Shown here in pieces: positions 26,182 to 37,183 of a stretch of 64,000 nucleotides of DNA; positions within the stretch are counted from its first letter, which is position 1; the number at the start of each line of letters is the position of its first letter. Both the position numbers and the translations under genes were made by a program. Source of the DNA: an uncultured Gemmatimonadales bacterium (GTDB lineage: Bacteria; Gemmatimonadota; Gemmatimonadetes; Longimicrobiales; RSA9); assembly GCA_963816355.1 (NCBI GenBank), contig CAWFKH010000005.1, positions 128,001 to 192,000 on the forward strand. The letters run 5' to 3'. Below the pieces are notes generated by a model that saw only the letters and a list, made by a program, of their open reading frames with translations, ran no database searches and was not told the DNA's origin.

Positions 26182-27156
26182 ATGACCCCTCTGATCTACG
26201 GCCCCGGTCCCGGTGACCCGGCAACGCTCCACGCCGTCCGCGACCTCGCCGGACTGCCGGTCGACGACGTCGCCGAGCGGCCCGTCGGCGAAGTGTACGG
26301 GCTTCTGATCGAGGAGGGGAGCGGCCTCATCCGCTACCTCGACATCGCGGAACGGGCACAGGAGAGGCACGTTCTCGCGCCGATCGGCCACACTCGCCTC
26401 GAGGACCACGCGGACGGCACGCGCGTACGGCTGCGCGCCGCCATGCGCGAGGACCTCGCCGAGATCCCGGCCTACGATCGCACCGACCCGCGCCTCGACG
26501 AGGCGTACGAAAGCGTGGTCCTCGCGGCCTACAGCGCGCTCTTCTACGGCGAGCGCTATTACGCGCACCCGGCCTACGACCATCACGCGCTTTACGCCGG
26601 GCTCCACCCGGTCGTGGCCGCGCGGACCGACGGTGGGAGCCGCCTCGTCGCGCTCTCGACGCTCGTCCCGCCCGCGGCCGCCGCGGCGGCGGAGGCGGAC
26701 GCCGCGACCGCGCATGACGACGCCGCAGCCGCGGTCGGGCCCGCCGCCTCGGTCCTCGGGGCGGAGGTGCGTGCGGCCGACGGCGTCCACGCAGGCCGCG
26801 TCGTCGACCTCCTCGTGCAACGCGATACCGGCCTTCCGCGCTACGGCGTGGTCGAACGAGAGGACGCCACCCGCGTGCCGATCCCGATCGGCTATCTCAC
26901 GCGCGCGCCCGCCGGAGCCGGCGGCGCGCCCGGCGGCGAGGCGCAGGCGGCCCCGCGGGCGGCGTCCCGCGAGCGCGTCCGGCTGCAGGGGCTGCGCGCG
27001 GCGGAGCTGGCGTCGTTTCCGGTGATGGAGCCGGGCGCCACGCTCGACCGCGACGGGGAGGATGCGTTGCGAGCGGCGCTCGAGCGGGCGCTCAGCGGAG
27101 AGCGCCGATTCGACCGGATCGACTTCGCCAGCGCCGCGACGCCTCAGATGAGGTAG
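26182..27156 (+). CDS. Protein with two PRC-barrel domains
   Basis: LAGLPV...VGEVYGLLIE...IRYL and LGAEV..ADG..GRVVDLLV...PRY repeats. Confidence 0.7.
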   Translation: MTPLIYGPGPGDPATLHAVRDLAGLPVDDVAERPVGEVYGLLIEEGSGLIRYLDIAERAQERHVLAPIGHTRLEDHADGTRVRLRAAMREDLAEIPAYDRTDPRLDEAYESVVLAAYSALFYGERYYAHPAYDHHALYAGLHPVVAARTDGGSRLVALSTLVPPAAAAAAEADAATAHDDAAAAVGPAASVLGAEVRAADGVHAGRVVDLLVQRDTGLPRYGVVEREDATRVPIPIGYLTRAPAGAGGAPGGEAQAAPRAASRERVRLQGLRAAELASFPVMEPGATLDRDGEDALRAALERALSGERRFDRIDFASAATPQMR

Positions 27157-27830
27157 GCGGAGAGGCCGGGCGTTGTCTCCCACGCGTCGAACAGTTCCGC
27201 CGCCTCGACGCCCCACTGGGTGCCCGCCTTCTTCAGTCGCTCCTCGAGCCATTCGTCCTCCGGCCAGCCGATGCGCTCGCGGTAGAACGTCGCCACGGCA
27301 CGGATGCGGTCGAGCGCGCCGGTCACGTCGATCGCGGCGACGGGCATCGTCGAGAGACCGTCTCGAAGCGTGTAGATCGGCGAGTCGGCGCGGTGCGGCT
27401 CGAGCGGCGCGACCACGCGCCCGATGCGGGCGAGCGTCACTGCGTCGCGCACGATCTTGCCGGTCGCCTGGTGGTCCGGATGCCGCATGCCGCGGCCCCA
27501 CGCGTCCCCCCACGTCAGCACCGTGTCCGGCTTCACGTCGGCGACCACTCGCGCGACGTCCGCCGCCGCTTCCGGCGTGGCGGTGACGGCGGTGTCCGGG
27601 AAGTCCAGGAAGCGCGGCTCCGCCCCGAGGATGCGCGCCGACTCGCGGCCGTGCTCGGTGCGGATGCGCGCGACGTCCTCCGGCTCGTGCGCCGCCAGCA
27701 CCTGCGTCATCGTGCCGCGCGTGAGCCAGAGCAGGACGACGCGGTCCCCGCGGTCCGTATGAGTGGCGATCGTGCCGGCGCATCCGATCTCGTCGTCGGG
27801 ATGCGCCAGGGCGACCAGAACCGTCTTCAT
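27144..27830 (-). CDS. PIG-L family deacetylase
   Basis: AHPDDE and HPDH motifs. Confidence 0.9.
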   Translation of the reverse strand: MKTVLVALAHPDDEIGCAGTIATHTDRGDRVVLLWLTRGTMTQVLAAHEPEDVARIRTEHGRESARILGAEPRFLDFPDTAVTATPEAAADVARVVADVKPDTVLTWGDAWGRGMRHPDHQATGKIVRDAVTLARIGRVVAPLEPHRADSPIYTLRDGLSTMPVAAIDVTGALDRIRAVATFYRERIGWPEDEWLEERLKKAGTQWGVEAAELFDAWETTPGLSAYLI

Positions 27831-27941
27831 CGATGACACGCTTCACCTTCCCCACCACGGCCGGCCGCGAGCGAGCGGCGGCGCCGGTGCGGTCACGGGT
27901 CGTTTGACAGCGTCGTGCGGTGCCGGCATCTTCGCGCCCTC

Positions 27942-28346
27942 ATGGAACTGATTCTCTCCGCCATCTGCGAGCAGGCGCGCGTGCGCCCCGACGGCAGGCT
28001 CGACCTCTCCGGCGTCTTCAGCCAACTGCAGGCGCCGGGCTTCCCCGCCGCCCAGGACGCGATGACCGCGGTCTTCCTCGTCGAATGGTCCGACGACGAA
28101 GCGGGGCGACAGCCGCTGCGCGCCGACCTCCTCGACGAAGAGGGAGAAACGGTCCTCACCATCGAGGGCCACACCGACGTGAAGGCGGCGCCGTCCGGCC
28201 ACGCGCCGCCGCAGACGCGGCTCGTGATGCCGCTCGAGCGCGTCGTGTTCCCACACCCGGGAACGTATCACTTCCGTCTTGCGGGAGGCTCGACGAGCCG
28301 GCGCGGCTGCTCGATCCACGTGGCGCAGCACGCGGGAGCGGAGTGA
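27942..28346 (+). CDS. Conserved hypothetical beta-sandwich protein (DUF6941-like)
   Basis: AICEQA...GRLDLSGVF...FPHPGTYHF pattern. Confidence 0.65.
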   Translation: MELILSAICEQARVRPDGRLDLSGVFSQLQAPGFPAAQDAMTAVFLVEWSDDEAGRQPLRADLLDEEGETVLTIEGHTDVKAAPSGHAPPQTRLVMPLERVVFPHPGTYHFRLAGGSTSRRGCSIHVAQHAGAE

Positions 28347-28422
28347 CGGACCCAGCCTCCGGCATGCGGGTATGAGGTGCGCCACGGTTTCACCGTGCCG
28401 GCGACCCCGATGGAGGCGAAGC

Positions 28423-28740
28423 GTGCAGGAAGACCCGAAGAGCGGTGCTGCGACGGAGCTCGTGCGCGTCCTGGGCGCGCTCTCCGACGAGAACCGCTAC
28501 CGCATCGTCGAGCTGCTCGCGACCTGCGTCGAGCTCTCGTGCGGCGCGATCGGCAGTCGCCTCGGGCTCTCGGCCTCCCTCGTCTCCCATCACCTCGGCA
28601 TCCTCGAGTCCGTGGGCCTCATCGACCGCCGCAAGAACGGCCTGTGGACGCTGAACCGGCTCCGTCACGAGGAGCTCTCGCGCCATGCCGGCGCGCTCGC
28701 TTCGCTGGTCCAGCCGAAAGTCCAGCCGAAAGCTTCCTGA
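28423..28740 (+). CDS. ArsR/SmtB family transcriptional regulator
   Basis: ALSDENRYRIVELL...SLVSHHLGILESVGLI; GGAGG before GTG. Confidence 0.88.
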   Translation: MQEDPKSGAATELVRVLGALSDENRYRIVELLATCVELSCGAIGSRLGLSASLVSHHLGILESVGLIDRRKNGLWTLNRLRHEELSRHAGALASLVQPKVQPKAS

Positions 28741-28742
28741 GC

Positions 28743-30146
28743 CTACCGCTCGCCGCCGGGAATGCCCGGCTCCGTCATCGCGCGCGCGTCCAGCACCCGC
28801 TCCAGCTCCGCATCCTCCAGCACGCCGCGCTCGCGCGCCACCTCACGCGCCGTCTTCCCCTCGCGGAACGCCTGCTTCGCGATGGCCGCGGCCGCGTCGT
28901 AGCCGATGCTCGGCGCGAGCGCCGTCGCGAGTGAGAGGTTCCCCTCGAGCAGCTCCCGGCAGCGCGCCTCGTTCGCGACGATCCCGTCGACGCACTTCTC
29001 CGCGAGAATACGCGACGCATTCGAAAGGATCCCGACCGACTGCAGCAGCGCGTACGCCATGACGGGCATCATCACGTTCAGCTCGAAATAGCCGCCCTGC
29101 CCGGCGAGCGTGACCGTGGCGTTGTTGCCGATCACCTGCGCCGCGACCATCGTCACCGCCTCCGGGATGACCGGGTTCACCTTGCCGGGCATGATGCTCG
29201 ACCCGGGCTGGACGGCGGGCAGCGCGATCTCGGCGATGCCTGCGCGCGGGCCGCTGGCCAGCCAGCGCAGATCGTTGGCGATCTTGGTGAGCGACACCGC
29301 GAGCGTGTTCAGCGCGCCGTGCGCGTAGACGACGACGTCGCGACTCGCCTGGCGCTCGAAGTGGTTCGTCGCCTCGCGGAACTCGAGGCCGGTCTCCCGC
29401 GAAAGGCGCGCGATGGTGCGGCGGGCGAACTCGGGGTGGGTGTTGATGCCGGTTCCGACCGCGGTGCCGCCCAGCGGGAGCTCGGCGAGGTCGCCATCGG
29501 CCTCGCGGACGCGGCGGATGCCGAGCTCGACCTGAGCCGCGTAGCCGCCGAACTCCTGCCCCAGCCGGACCGGCGTCGCGTCCATGAGATGCGTGCGCCC
29601 GGACTTCACGATGCCGTCGAACTCGTCCGCCTTGCGCGCCAGCGAGGCGTGGAGGATCTCGAGCGCCGGGATCAGATCCTGGTGGACCGCGAGGCGCGCC
29701 GCCACCTGCATCGCCGTCGGGATCGTGTCGTTCGAGGACTGCGCCGCGTTGACGTGGTCGTTCGGGTGGACCTTCACGTCGCCGCCCAGGATCTCCATCG
29801 CGCGGTGCGCGATCACCTCGTTCGCGTTCATGTTCGTCGAGGTGCCGCTGCCGGTCTGGAATATGTCGATGGGGAACTGGCGGTCGTGACGCCCCGCCAC
29901 CACCTCTTCGGCCGCACGCACGATCGCGCCTCCGCGCGCCTCGTCCAGGAGACCGAGCGCCATGTTCGTCTCGGCGGCGGCCTTCTTGATCAGCCCCAGC
30001 GCCGCGATGAAGCGACGCGGGAAGCGCAGGTCGCTGATCGGAAAGTTCTCGACGGCACGCTGCGTCTGCGCGCCCCACAACGCGTCCGCCGGGACGCGCA
30101 TCTCGCCCAGCGAGTCCTTCTCGACGCGGAATTCGCCTTCACTCAT
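28743..30146 (-). CDS. fumC: Class II fumarate hydratase
   Basis: [41 protein letters not shown]. Confidence 0.95.
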   Translation of the reverse strand: MSEGEFRVEKDSLGEMRVPADALWGAQTQRAVENFPISDLRFPRRFIAALGLIKKAAAETNMALGLLDEARGGAIVRAAEEVVAGRHDRQFPIDIFQTGSGTSTNMNANEVIAHRAMEILGGDVKVHPNDHVNAAQSSNDTIPTAMQVAARLAVHQDLIPALEILHASLARKADEFDGIVKSGRTHLMDATPVRLGQEFGGYAAQVELGIRRVREADGDLAELPLGGTAVGTGINTHPEFARRTIARLSRETGLEFREATNHFERQASRDVVVYAHGALNTLAVSLTKIANDLRWLASGPRAGIAEIALPAVQPGSSIMPGKVNPVIPEAVTMVAAQVIGNNATVTLAGQGGYFELNVMMPVMAYALLQSVGILSNASRILAEKCVDGIVANEARCRELLEGNLSLATALAPSIGYDAAAAIAKQAFREGKTAREVARERGVLEDAELERVLDARAMTEPGIPGGER

Positions 30147-30177
30147 GTCGGCTCCCGTTCGTTTCGAAGCTGCACGG

Positions 30178-30894
30178 CTACTTGCGGGGCGGGCGCGAGG
30201 GGCGGATCTCGATGCGGCTGGGCAGCGTGCGCGCGGGCGTGTCCAGCAGGTGGAGCACGTGGGCGGCGATGTCCTCCGGCTGGATCTTCCACTCCGCGCC
30301 GCCGCCCGAGCCGAAGTCGGTGGCGACGCTGCCCGGCATGATGTAGGTGACGCGCACGCCCTGGTGCCGGACGTCCTGCATCATCGCCTCGCTGAAGCCG
30401 ACCAGGGCGAATTTGCTCGCGTTGTAGGCGGCGCCGCCCGGAAACGGGTTCTTGCCCGCCAGGCTGCCGATGTTGACGATCCACGCGTCATCGCTGCGCC
30501 GCAGGTGCGGCAGCGCGTGATGGCTGCAATAGAAAGCGCCGCTCAGGTTGGTGCCGATCGTCTCGTCCCACGCCTCCAGCGTCAGCTCACCGACGGCGCC
30601 GAAGCGGCCCACGCCCGCGTTGTTCACCAGGATGTCGATGCCGCCGAAGCGCTCGACCGTGCGCGCCATCAGACGAGCGCAGTCGGGCGCCGCGCGCACG
30701 TCGCACCGCACGCCGAGCACGCCGTCACCGCCGCCGCGCCGCGCCAGCTCCGCGGCGGTCCTCTCCACGTCCGTCTCCGTGCGCGCGCTGACCACCACGC
30801 GGCAGCCACGCGCCACGAGCGCATCCGCGATCGCGCGCCCGATGCCACGCGTGCTCCCCGTGACGACCGCCGTCCTGTCCTTCCGCGCTGCCAA
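30178..30894 (-). CDS. Short-chain dehydrogenase/reductase
   Basis: [17 protein letters not shown]. Confidence 0.9.
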   Translation of the reverse strand: MAARKDRTAVVTGSTRGIGRAIADALVARGCRVVVSARTETDVERTAAELARRGGGDGVLGVRCDVRAAPDCARLMARTVERFGGIDILVNNAGVGRFGAVGELTLEAWDETIGTNLSGAFYCSHHALPHLRRSDDAWIVNIGSLAGKNPFPGGAAYNASKFALVGFSEAMMQDVRHQGVRVTYIMPGSVATDFGSGGGAEWKIQPEDIAAHVLHLLDTPARTLPSRIEIRPSRPPRK

Positions 30895-30971
30895 GATCCC
30901 CCCTCTCCGAGGCCCACTTCCGGGCGGAGTTTAATTGCTGCGCGCAGGCACCGCCACTATGATTCGCCCCG

Positions 30972-31700
30972 ATGGAGCTCACCGGCAGAACCGCCCTCGT
31001 GACCGGCGGCGCCCGCCGCGTGGGGCGCGAGATCGCGCTCGCGCTGGCGCGCGCCGGAGCCGACGTCGCCGTCAACCACCACCGCTCGGCGGACGCCGCC
31101 GCGGAGCTGGTCGAGGAGATCCGCTCGCTCGGCCGCGCAGCGGTCGCGATCCCCGCCGACCTCGCCACCGCCGACGGGCCCCAGCGGCTCGTCGCCACCG
31201 CCGTCGAAACGCTCGGCCGACTCGATGTCGTCGTCAACAACGCCGCTCGCTTCGACTCCTCCACCGTCGAGGACACGACCGCCGAGGCGTGGGACCGCAT
31301 GCTCGCCGTGAACCTGCGTGCGCCGTTCCTCGTCGCGCGCGCCGCGACGCCCGCGCTGCGGCGCAACGGCGGCTCGATCGTCAACATCGCCGACCTCTCC
31401 GCCTTCCAGCCGTGGCCGCGCTTCGCCGCGCACGCCGCCTCCAAGGCCGGCCTCGTGCAGCTCACCCGCGTCCTCGCGCGCGCCCTCGCGCCCGACATCC
31501 GCGTCAACGCCATCGCGCCCGGCACCGTCCTGCCGCCCGACGACTACGACCCCGACGAGATCGAGCAGCTGCGACGCCGCATCCCGCTCGCGCGCATCGG
31601 CGACCCCGACGACGTCGCCGGCGCCGTGCTCTACCTCGTCTCCGCCGACTTCGTCACCGGCGAGGTCCTCGTGGTGGACGGCGGCAGACTGCTCACGTAG
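30972..31700 (+). CDS. SDR, pteridine reductase/FolM-like
   Basis: TGGARRVG, NNAA, NIAD, HAASK (His at the usual catalytic Tyr position). Confidence 0.8.
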   Translation: MELTGRTALVTGGARRVGREIALALARAGADVAVNHHRSADAAAELVEEIRSLGRAAVAIPADLATADGPQRLVATAVETLGRLDVVVNNAARFDSSTVEDTTAEAWDRMLAVNLRAPFLVARAATPALRRNGGSIVNIADLSAFQPWPRFAAHAASKAGLVQLTRVLARALAPDIRVNAIAPGTVLPPDDYDPDEIEQLRRRIPLARIGDPDDVAGAVLYLVSADFVTGEVLVVDGGRLLT

Positions 31701-31713
31701 GAGGGCCGCGCCC

Positions 31714-32736
31714 TCAGCCGCCGCCGACCGACGACTCCGCCGTCTCCAGCACCGGCGGCTGCGCGTGCGCGTCGCCGTGGTGCGCGAGCCAGCGCTCCGC
31801 CTCCAGCGCCGCCATGCAGCCCGTACCGGCCGCCGTGATCGCCTGCCGGAAGTAGTCGTCCATCACGTCTCCCGCGGCGTAGACGCCCTCGACGCTCGTC
31901 GCGGTGCGCCACGCGTGCGGCGTGCGCACGTAGCCGTGCGCCGTGAGGTCGATCTGGCCGCGCAGGAACTCGGTGTTCGGTGTGTGGCCGATCGCGACGA
32001 AGAGGCCGCCCACCTCCATGGTCCGCTCCTCCCCCGTCGCCGTGTCCACCAGCCGCAGACCCGTGATCTCCTCCTCGCCCAGCACGTCCGCCACCTCCGT
32101 GTTCCACTCCACCCGGATCTTCGGGTTCGACAGCGTGCGCTCGGCCATGATCGCCGACGCCCTGAACGCCGCCCGCCGGTGGATCACCACCACCTCGCTC
32201 GCGTACTTCGACAGGTACGTCGCTTCCTCCATCGCGCTGTCGCCGCCCCCCACCACCGCCAGCCGCTTGCCCCGGTAGAACGGCAACGCGCCATCGCACA
32301 CCGCGCACGCCGACACCCCGCCGCCGCTGCGCGCGAGCCGCTCCTCGTTGTGCAGCCCCAGCCAGTTCGCGCGCGCGCCCGTCGCGATGATCAGCGTCCG
32401 CGCCCGCACCTCCCCGCCGTCGCTCGTCTCCAGGAGAAACGGCGTCGACGAGAGATCCGCCGCCACCACGTCCTTCATCTCCACGCGCGTGCCGAAGCGC
32501 TCCGCCTGCTCCCGCATCCGCGCCATCAGCTCCTGCCCCCCCACCCCCTCCGGAAATCCCGGAAAGTTCTCGATGTCCGTCGTCCACATCAGCTGCCCGC
32601 CCGGAATCATCTCGCGCGACGGCTCCCCCTCCAGAACCAGCGGCGCCAGGTCCGCCCGCGCCGCGTAGATCGCCGCCGTCCACGCGGCCGGGCCGGACCC
32701 CACGATCACCAGCGCTTCCGGCCTCGTCTCAGCCAT
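31714..32736 (-). CDS. trxB: Thioredoxin reductase
   Basis: [31 protein letters not shown]. Confidence 0.93.
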   Translation of the reverse strand: MAETRPEALVIVGSGPAAWTAAIYAARADLAPLVLEGEPSREMIPGGQLMWTTDIENFPGFPEGVGGQELMARMREQAERFGTRVEMKDVVAADLSSTPFLLETSDGGEVRARTLIIATGARANWLGLHNEERLARSGGGVSACAVCDGALPFYRGKRLAVVGGGDSAMEEATYLSKYASEVVVIHRRAAFRASAIMAERTLSNPKIRVEWNTEVADVLGEEEITGLRLVDTATGEERTMEVGGLFVAIGHTPNTEFLRGQIDLTAHGYVRTPHAWRTATSVEGVYAAGDVMDDYFRQAITAAGTGCMAALEAERWLAHHGDAHAQPPVLETAESSVGGG

Positions 32737-32892
32737 CTTCACTCTTCGCTTTCCACGGTTGCGCGGGCGCCGCGCTCGACGCGCCCGCCGTGCGATCTTC
32801 TTCCCCCAAGTATAGACCGCGGCACAAGCGGCCTGCAATCGAAACCGCCATAGCGCCCGAATAGGTCCGCTATTACATTCCGGCAGCGTCCG

Positions 32893-33697
32893 ATGAGACA
32901 GACCTCCCGCAAAGGAGCCGACCATCCCTTCTCCGTCCGCCACCGACATCGAACGCCTGCTCTCCGCCCTCGCCGGCGTCGTCTCCGCCAGGGTAGTCGT
33001 CTCCTCCGCCGGCAAGCCCGAGGAGATCCACATCCTCGCCGAAGACTCGCTCCACGCCAAACAGGTCGTGCGCAACATCGAGTCCGCCCTCAGCGCCGCC
33101 CTCGGCCTCGACATCGACCGCCGCATCGTCAGCGTCGCCCAGGCCGACGCCAGGGAGGTCTCCGGCAACGGATCCCGCAACGGCAACACCCTCGCTCCGG
33201 AGCCCGGCGCTCCGCAGCACCACGCTCCCGCCTCCACCCCGCGCCCCGCTCCCACCACGCCCCGGCGCGCGACACCGCCCACGCCCCCGCGGACCCAGCC
33301 GTCCGAGCCCGACACCCGCCTCGTCTTCGCCGGCCTCGACGTCACCTCCGACGCCACCCGCGCCGTCCTCTGCCGCGTCACCCTCCGCCACCCCGACGGC
33401 GACTTCGTCGGCGAGGCCGACGGCCTCGACACCCACCTCGGCCGCTGCGAGGCCGGCGCCCGCGCCGTCTTCGCCGCCCTCGATCGCGCACCCGGCGAGC
33501 ACGACCTCGTCCTCGAAGGCGTCAGCCTCGTCGACGTCGCCCGCGGCGCCCACGTACTCGTCGCCGCCCACGCCCTCGAGGGCCGTCAGCCGATCCCCCT
33601 CGTCGGCGTCGCCGAACTCGGCCGCTCCGCCGAGGAAGCCGGCGTCCTCGCCGCGCTCCAGGCCGCCAACCGCTGGATCACTCGCGCTACCGTCTGA
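32893..33697 (+). CDS. Conserved hypothetical protein (apparent frameshift near 32940)
   Basis: [18 protein letters not shown]...EIHILA...[11 protein letters not shown]...[10 protein letters not shown]. The main frame has no start codon before a stop at 32894, so ATG 32893 probably joins through a frameshift. Confidence 0.65.
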
Positions 33698-33742
33698 CCC
33701 ACCCCCTCTCCACCCCTCCTGCACCGCCACACCCGATCCCGC

Positions 33743-33790
33743 TTGACCCCCGCGCGCGTGCGCCGTATCGTAGTTGAGAACGAATCTCAA
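33743..33790 (+). promoter_or_regulatory. sigma70 promoter with Fur-box-like palindrome
   Basis: TTGACC-17-TATCGT (33743-33771), then TTGAGA-ACGAA-TCTCAA (33774-33790), upstream of an iron permease. Confidence 0.7.
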
Positions 33791-33806
33791 GCGCAACGAG
33801 AAGACC

Positions 33807-35969
33807 GTGCATCGCTTCCGCTCCAGCCATTTCGCCGCCGTGCTGATCGCGACGACCCTCGCCGCGTGCGGCGGAGACGCGCGCGGCGGCGGCGCACGCG
33901 GCGCGAACCCGGGGGCAGCGGCGGCTGGGGCCGCGGCGGCGGGGACGGCGGATCGCGGGGCGGTGGGAGGCGCGGTGGTGGGCGGCGCGGCGGTGGGCGG
34001 CGCGGCCGCGGTGGTGGTGCTGCCGGGAACGCCGCCGGGCGACCTGCGCGACTGGGTGGGGGAGGTGATCGCGGGGCTGGACACGGTGCGTTCGACGGCG
34101 GAGACGCGGCCGTCGCAGGCGATGCAGACGGCGGTGACGCTGTACGTCTCGCGGCAGGAGTACATCGAGCAGTACTACGAGACGGGGCGGGGTCTGTACG
34201 CGGGCGAGCCGCTGTCGGCCGCGGTGAAGGAGGCGGAGACGCGTTTCCACGCGTTGATGGAGCTGTTGCAGACGTCGTCGCCGGGATCGGCGGCCGTGTC
34301 GAGCGCGGTGGCGGCGGTGCAGACGCAGTACCGGGAGGTGCTGCGGCAGGCTGAGGCGGCCGGCGCGCGCCTGACGCCGCGGGCGGGCGCGCATCCGACG
34401 GGAGCGGGGCGACCGGAAGCGGGCGCGGCGAGCCGCGCCTCGTCGCGGGGTGACCTGCTGGCGTGGCTGGACGCGCTGGATACGGGTCTGGGTGCGGCGC
34501 GGGGCGTGGCGGCGGGCGGGGACGTCGAGGATTTTCGCCGGCGGGCGCTGCGGCTCTACCTGGACGATTACGAGCGCATCGAAGGCTTCTACGGCGTCGG
34601 CGGCCGGTACGCCGCGGCCGGGCTGTCGGAAGCGGTAGGGCGAGGGGAGGATCTCTTCCATCGCGCGCTGCAGGCCGGCGACGGTGCGGCGGCGGTGCGG
34701 GGTGCGGACTCGCTCCTCGCCGAGCTGACGACGATTCGCGCCGCCGTCGTCGCGAGCGGGGTCACGACGCGCCCGGTGGCGGAGCCTCTCGCGGCGTCCG
34801 GCTCGGCGCTCGCGGCCGCCTCGCGGCCGAAGACGGGGGAGATCGCGTCGGTGCTGGCGCAGGTGGATGCGGCGGGCGAGTACTACGCGGCCGGGGACGG
34901 AGCGCGGGCGCTCGCGGCGGTGGAGCGCGCGTACCTCGAGGGATTCGAGCCGCTCGAGTCGCGGCTTCCGCGGGAGCTGACGGGGCGGATCGAGCGCATC
35001 ATCCACCTCTCTCTGCGCCCGGCGATGGCGCGGGGGGCACCGAACGCGCGCGTGCAGGCGGACCTGCGGGTGCTGCGCGCGGAGCTGGTCGGGGCGGACG
35101 CCGCGCTCTCGGCCGGGGCGCCGTTCTGGTTCGGCGTCTTCAATGCGTTCGCGATCGTCGTGCGCGAGGGACTGGAGGCGGTGCTGCTGATCGGCGCGAT
35201 CCTCGCCTATCTCACGGCGATCGGCGCCGATCGCGGAGCGCGCCGCAACATCTTCGTCGGCATGGGGGCGGGCGTCGTGGCGACGGTCGGGACGTGGGTG
35301 CTGGCGCGGACCGTCCTGCCGATCGGAGGTGCGCACCGTGAGCTGATGGAAGGGATCACGGCGCTGCTGGCGGTGGGGGTCCTGCTCTACGTCTCCAACT
35401 GGCTGTTCCAGAAGACGTACATCCAGGACTGGAAGGATTTCCTGCGTGATCGGGCGGGTGCGGCGGCGACCGCCGGCTCGGCACTCGCCATGGCCACCCT
35501 CGCCTTCGCCGCCGTCTTCCGCGAAGGGTTCGAGACGGTCCTCTTCTATCAGGCGCTCATGTACGACGCGGGGGCGGCGGCGGTGGTCGCCGGCTTCCTC
35601 CCGGGCGTGCTGGTCATCGTCGGCATCGGCTACGGCATCATCCGGCTCGGCGTGCGGCTGCCGCTGCGACGGGTCTTCGGCGTGACGAACGCGCTGCTCC
35701 TGTATCTGGCGTTCGCGTTCGTGGGCAAGGGCGTCTACAACCTGCAGGAGGCCGGGCTCTTCGCGCCGCACCCGGTCGCGTGGCTGCCGAGCGTGCCGGC
35801 GCTCACGCAGCTTTTCGGGTTCTACCCCATCGTCGAGACGCTGCTCGCGCAGCTCGCCTTCCTGGCGCTGCTCGCCGCGACGTACGCCTGGTACCAGCGG
35901 CGCCTGCCCGCCCACGTGACCGCGCTCCGGCGGGCGCGGGATCGACGCACGCAGGCGGACGCGGCGTAG
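33807..35969 (+). CDS. FTR1-family iron permease with long N-terminal lipoprotein region
   Basis: REGLE and REGFE motifs; LAAC lipobox; YLDDYERIEG and YLEGFEPLE helical modules. Confidence 0.88.
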   Translation: MHRFRSSHFAAVLIATTLAACGGDARGGGARGANPGAAAAGAAAAGTADRGAVGGAVVGGAAVGGAAAVVVLPGTPPGDLRDWVGEVIAGLDTVRSTAETRPSQAMQTAVTLYVSRQEYIEQYYETGRGLYAGEPLSAAVKEAETRFHALMELLQTSSPGSAAVSSAVAAVQTQYREVLRQAEAAGARLTPRAGAHPTGAGRPEAGAASRASSRGDLLAWLDALDTGLGAARGVAAGGDVEDFRRRALRLYLDDYERIEGFYGVGGRYAAAGLSEAVGRGEDLFHRALQAGDGAAAVRGADSLLAELTTIRAAVVASGVTTRPVAEPLAASGSALAAASRPKTGEIASVLAQVDAAGEYYAAGDGARALAAVERAYLEGFEPLESRLPRELTGRIERIIHLSLRPAMARGAPNARVQADLRVLRAELVGADAALSAGAPFWFGVFNAFAIVVREGLEAVLLIGAILAYLTAIGADRGARRNIFVGMGAGVVATVGTWVLARTVLPIGGAHRELMEGITALLAVGVLLYVSNWLFQKTYIQDWKDFLRDRAGAAATAGSALAMATLAFAAVFREGFETVLFYQALMYDAGAAAVVAGFLPGVLVIVGIGYGIIRLGVRLPLRRVFGVTNALLLYLAFAFVGKGVYNLQEAGLFAPHPVAWLPSVPALTQLFGFYPIVETLLAQLAFLALLAATYAWYQRRLPAHVTALRRARDRRTQADAA

Positions 35970-36007
35970 GCCGCGGGCGGCGCGCCCGCGGGGGGGATCG
36001 CGGGGGA

Positions 36008-37084
36008 TCAGGCCTCGTCGCCCTCGCCCGCTGCAAACGCCGCTTCCTCGCGATCCTGGAAGAGCTTCAGGTTGGTGGAGTGCCCGGGGTTGTAGCGCGC
36101 CCTCGGGTTCATGAAGTGGACGGCGTGGTTGACCGCCATCGCGGCCTCCGCGAAGCCGGTCGCGATCAGCTCGAGCTTCCCTTCGTACGCGGCGATGTCG
36201 CCAGCGGCGAAGACGCCTGGGATGCTGGTCTGCATCAGATGGTCGACGCGGATGCTGTTGCGCTCCAGCTCGAAGCCCCAGGACGCGATCGGACCGAGGT
36301 CGGGCTTGAAGCCGATGAGCGCGAGCACCGCCTCCACGTCCAGCGTGACGTCTTCGTCGCTCCGGTTGTCGAACACGGTCGCCGCCTCGACGGCGCTCGC
36401 GCCGTGGATCGCGCGCACCTCGTGATAGGTGAGCATCGAGACCTCGCCGGCGTCGACCGCCTCGCCGAGCAGCTTCATCGAGTGTGGGTGCGCGCGGAAC
36501 CCTTCGCGACGATGGATCAGCGTGAGGGCGGCGACGCGGTCCTTGAGGCCGAGCGCCCAGTCGACGGCGGAGTCGCCGCCCCCCACGACGAGGATGCGCT
36601 TGCCGTCGTAGCGGGAGGGATCGCGGACGTGGTACTCGACGCCACGGCCGAGCAGGTCCATGTATCCCGGGCAGGTGAGGTGGCGGGGGCAGAGCGCGCC
36701 TTTGCCGCCCGCGATGAGGACGGAGCGGGTCGGGTAGAGCGTCCGTTCGGTCGCGAGGAGGAAGCCGTCCTCGCCGGGCTCTAGGGAGCGGACCTGCTCC
36801 TCGAGGCGCACGTCGCAGCCGAACTGGAGCCCCTGCTCGATCAGGTTCTCGCCGAGCTGCTTGGCCAGGATGCGGGGGAAGCCGCCGACGTCGTAAACGT
36901 ACTTCTCCGGATAGAGCGCCATGAGCTGTCCGCCGAGCTCCGGCAGGGAATCCACGATACGGCAGCTCACGCCGCGCATGCCCGCGTAGAAGGCGGCGAA
37001 CAGCCCGGTCGGGCCGCCGCCGATGATGGTAATGTCTCTCGCTTCAGCCCGTTGCAACGAACGCCTCACCGCCTGGTTCGACAC
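36008..37084 (-). CDS. Ferredoxin--NADP+ reductase (TrxB-like, no CxxC)
   Basis: GGGPTG, GGQLMALYPEKYVYDVGGFP, GGGDSAVDWA, PGHST; start uncertain. Confidence 0.88.
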   Translation of the reverse strand: MSNQAVRRSLQRAEARDITIIGGGPTGLFAAFYAGMRGVSCRIVDSLPELGGQLMALYPEKYVYDVGGFPRILAKQLGENLIEQGLQFGCDVRLEEQVRSLEPGEDGFLLATERTLYPTRSVLIAGGKGALCPRHLTCPGYMDLLGRGVEYHVRDPSRYDGKRILVVGGGDSAVDWALGLKDRVAALTLIHRREGFRAHPHSMKLLGEAVDAGEVSMLTYHEVRAIHGASAVEAATVFDNRSDEDVTLDVEAVLALIGFKPDLGPIASWGFELERNSIRVDHLMQTSIPGVFAAGDIAAYEGKLELIATGFAEAAMAVNHAVHFMNPRARYNPGHSTNLKLFQDREEAAFAAGEGDEA

Positions 37085-37183
37085 CGCGGCCGCGGCTCCA
37101 CGGCCGGAGATGGTACGCGTGAGAAGGGGTCCGGGCAACGAATACCCCACGTGCGACGAACGTTTCCGGAGCCGGGCGTCGAC

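Noticed and set aside
26182..27156. PRC-barrel gene as a photosynthetic reaction-centre H subunit
   Set aside because: No N-terminal TM helix and no puf/bch genes nearby; PRC barrels are widespread.
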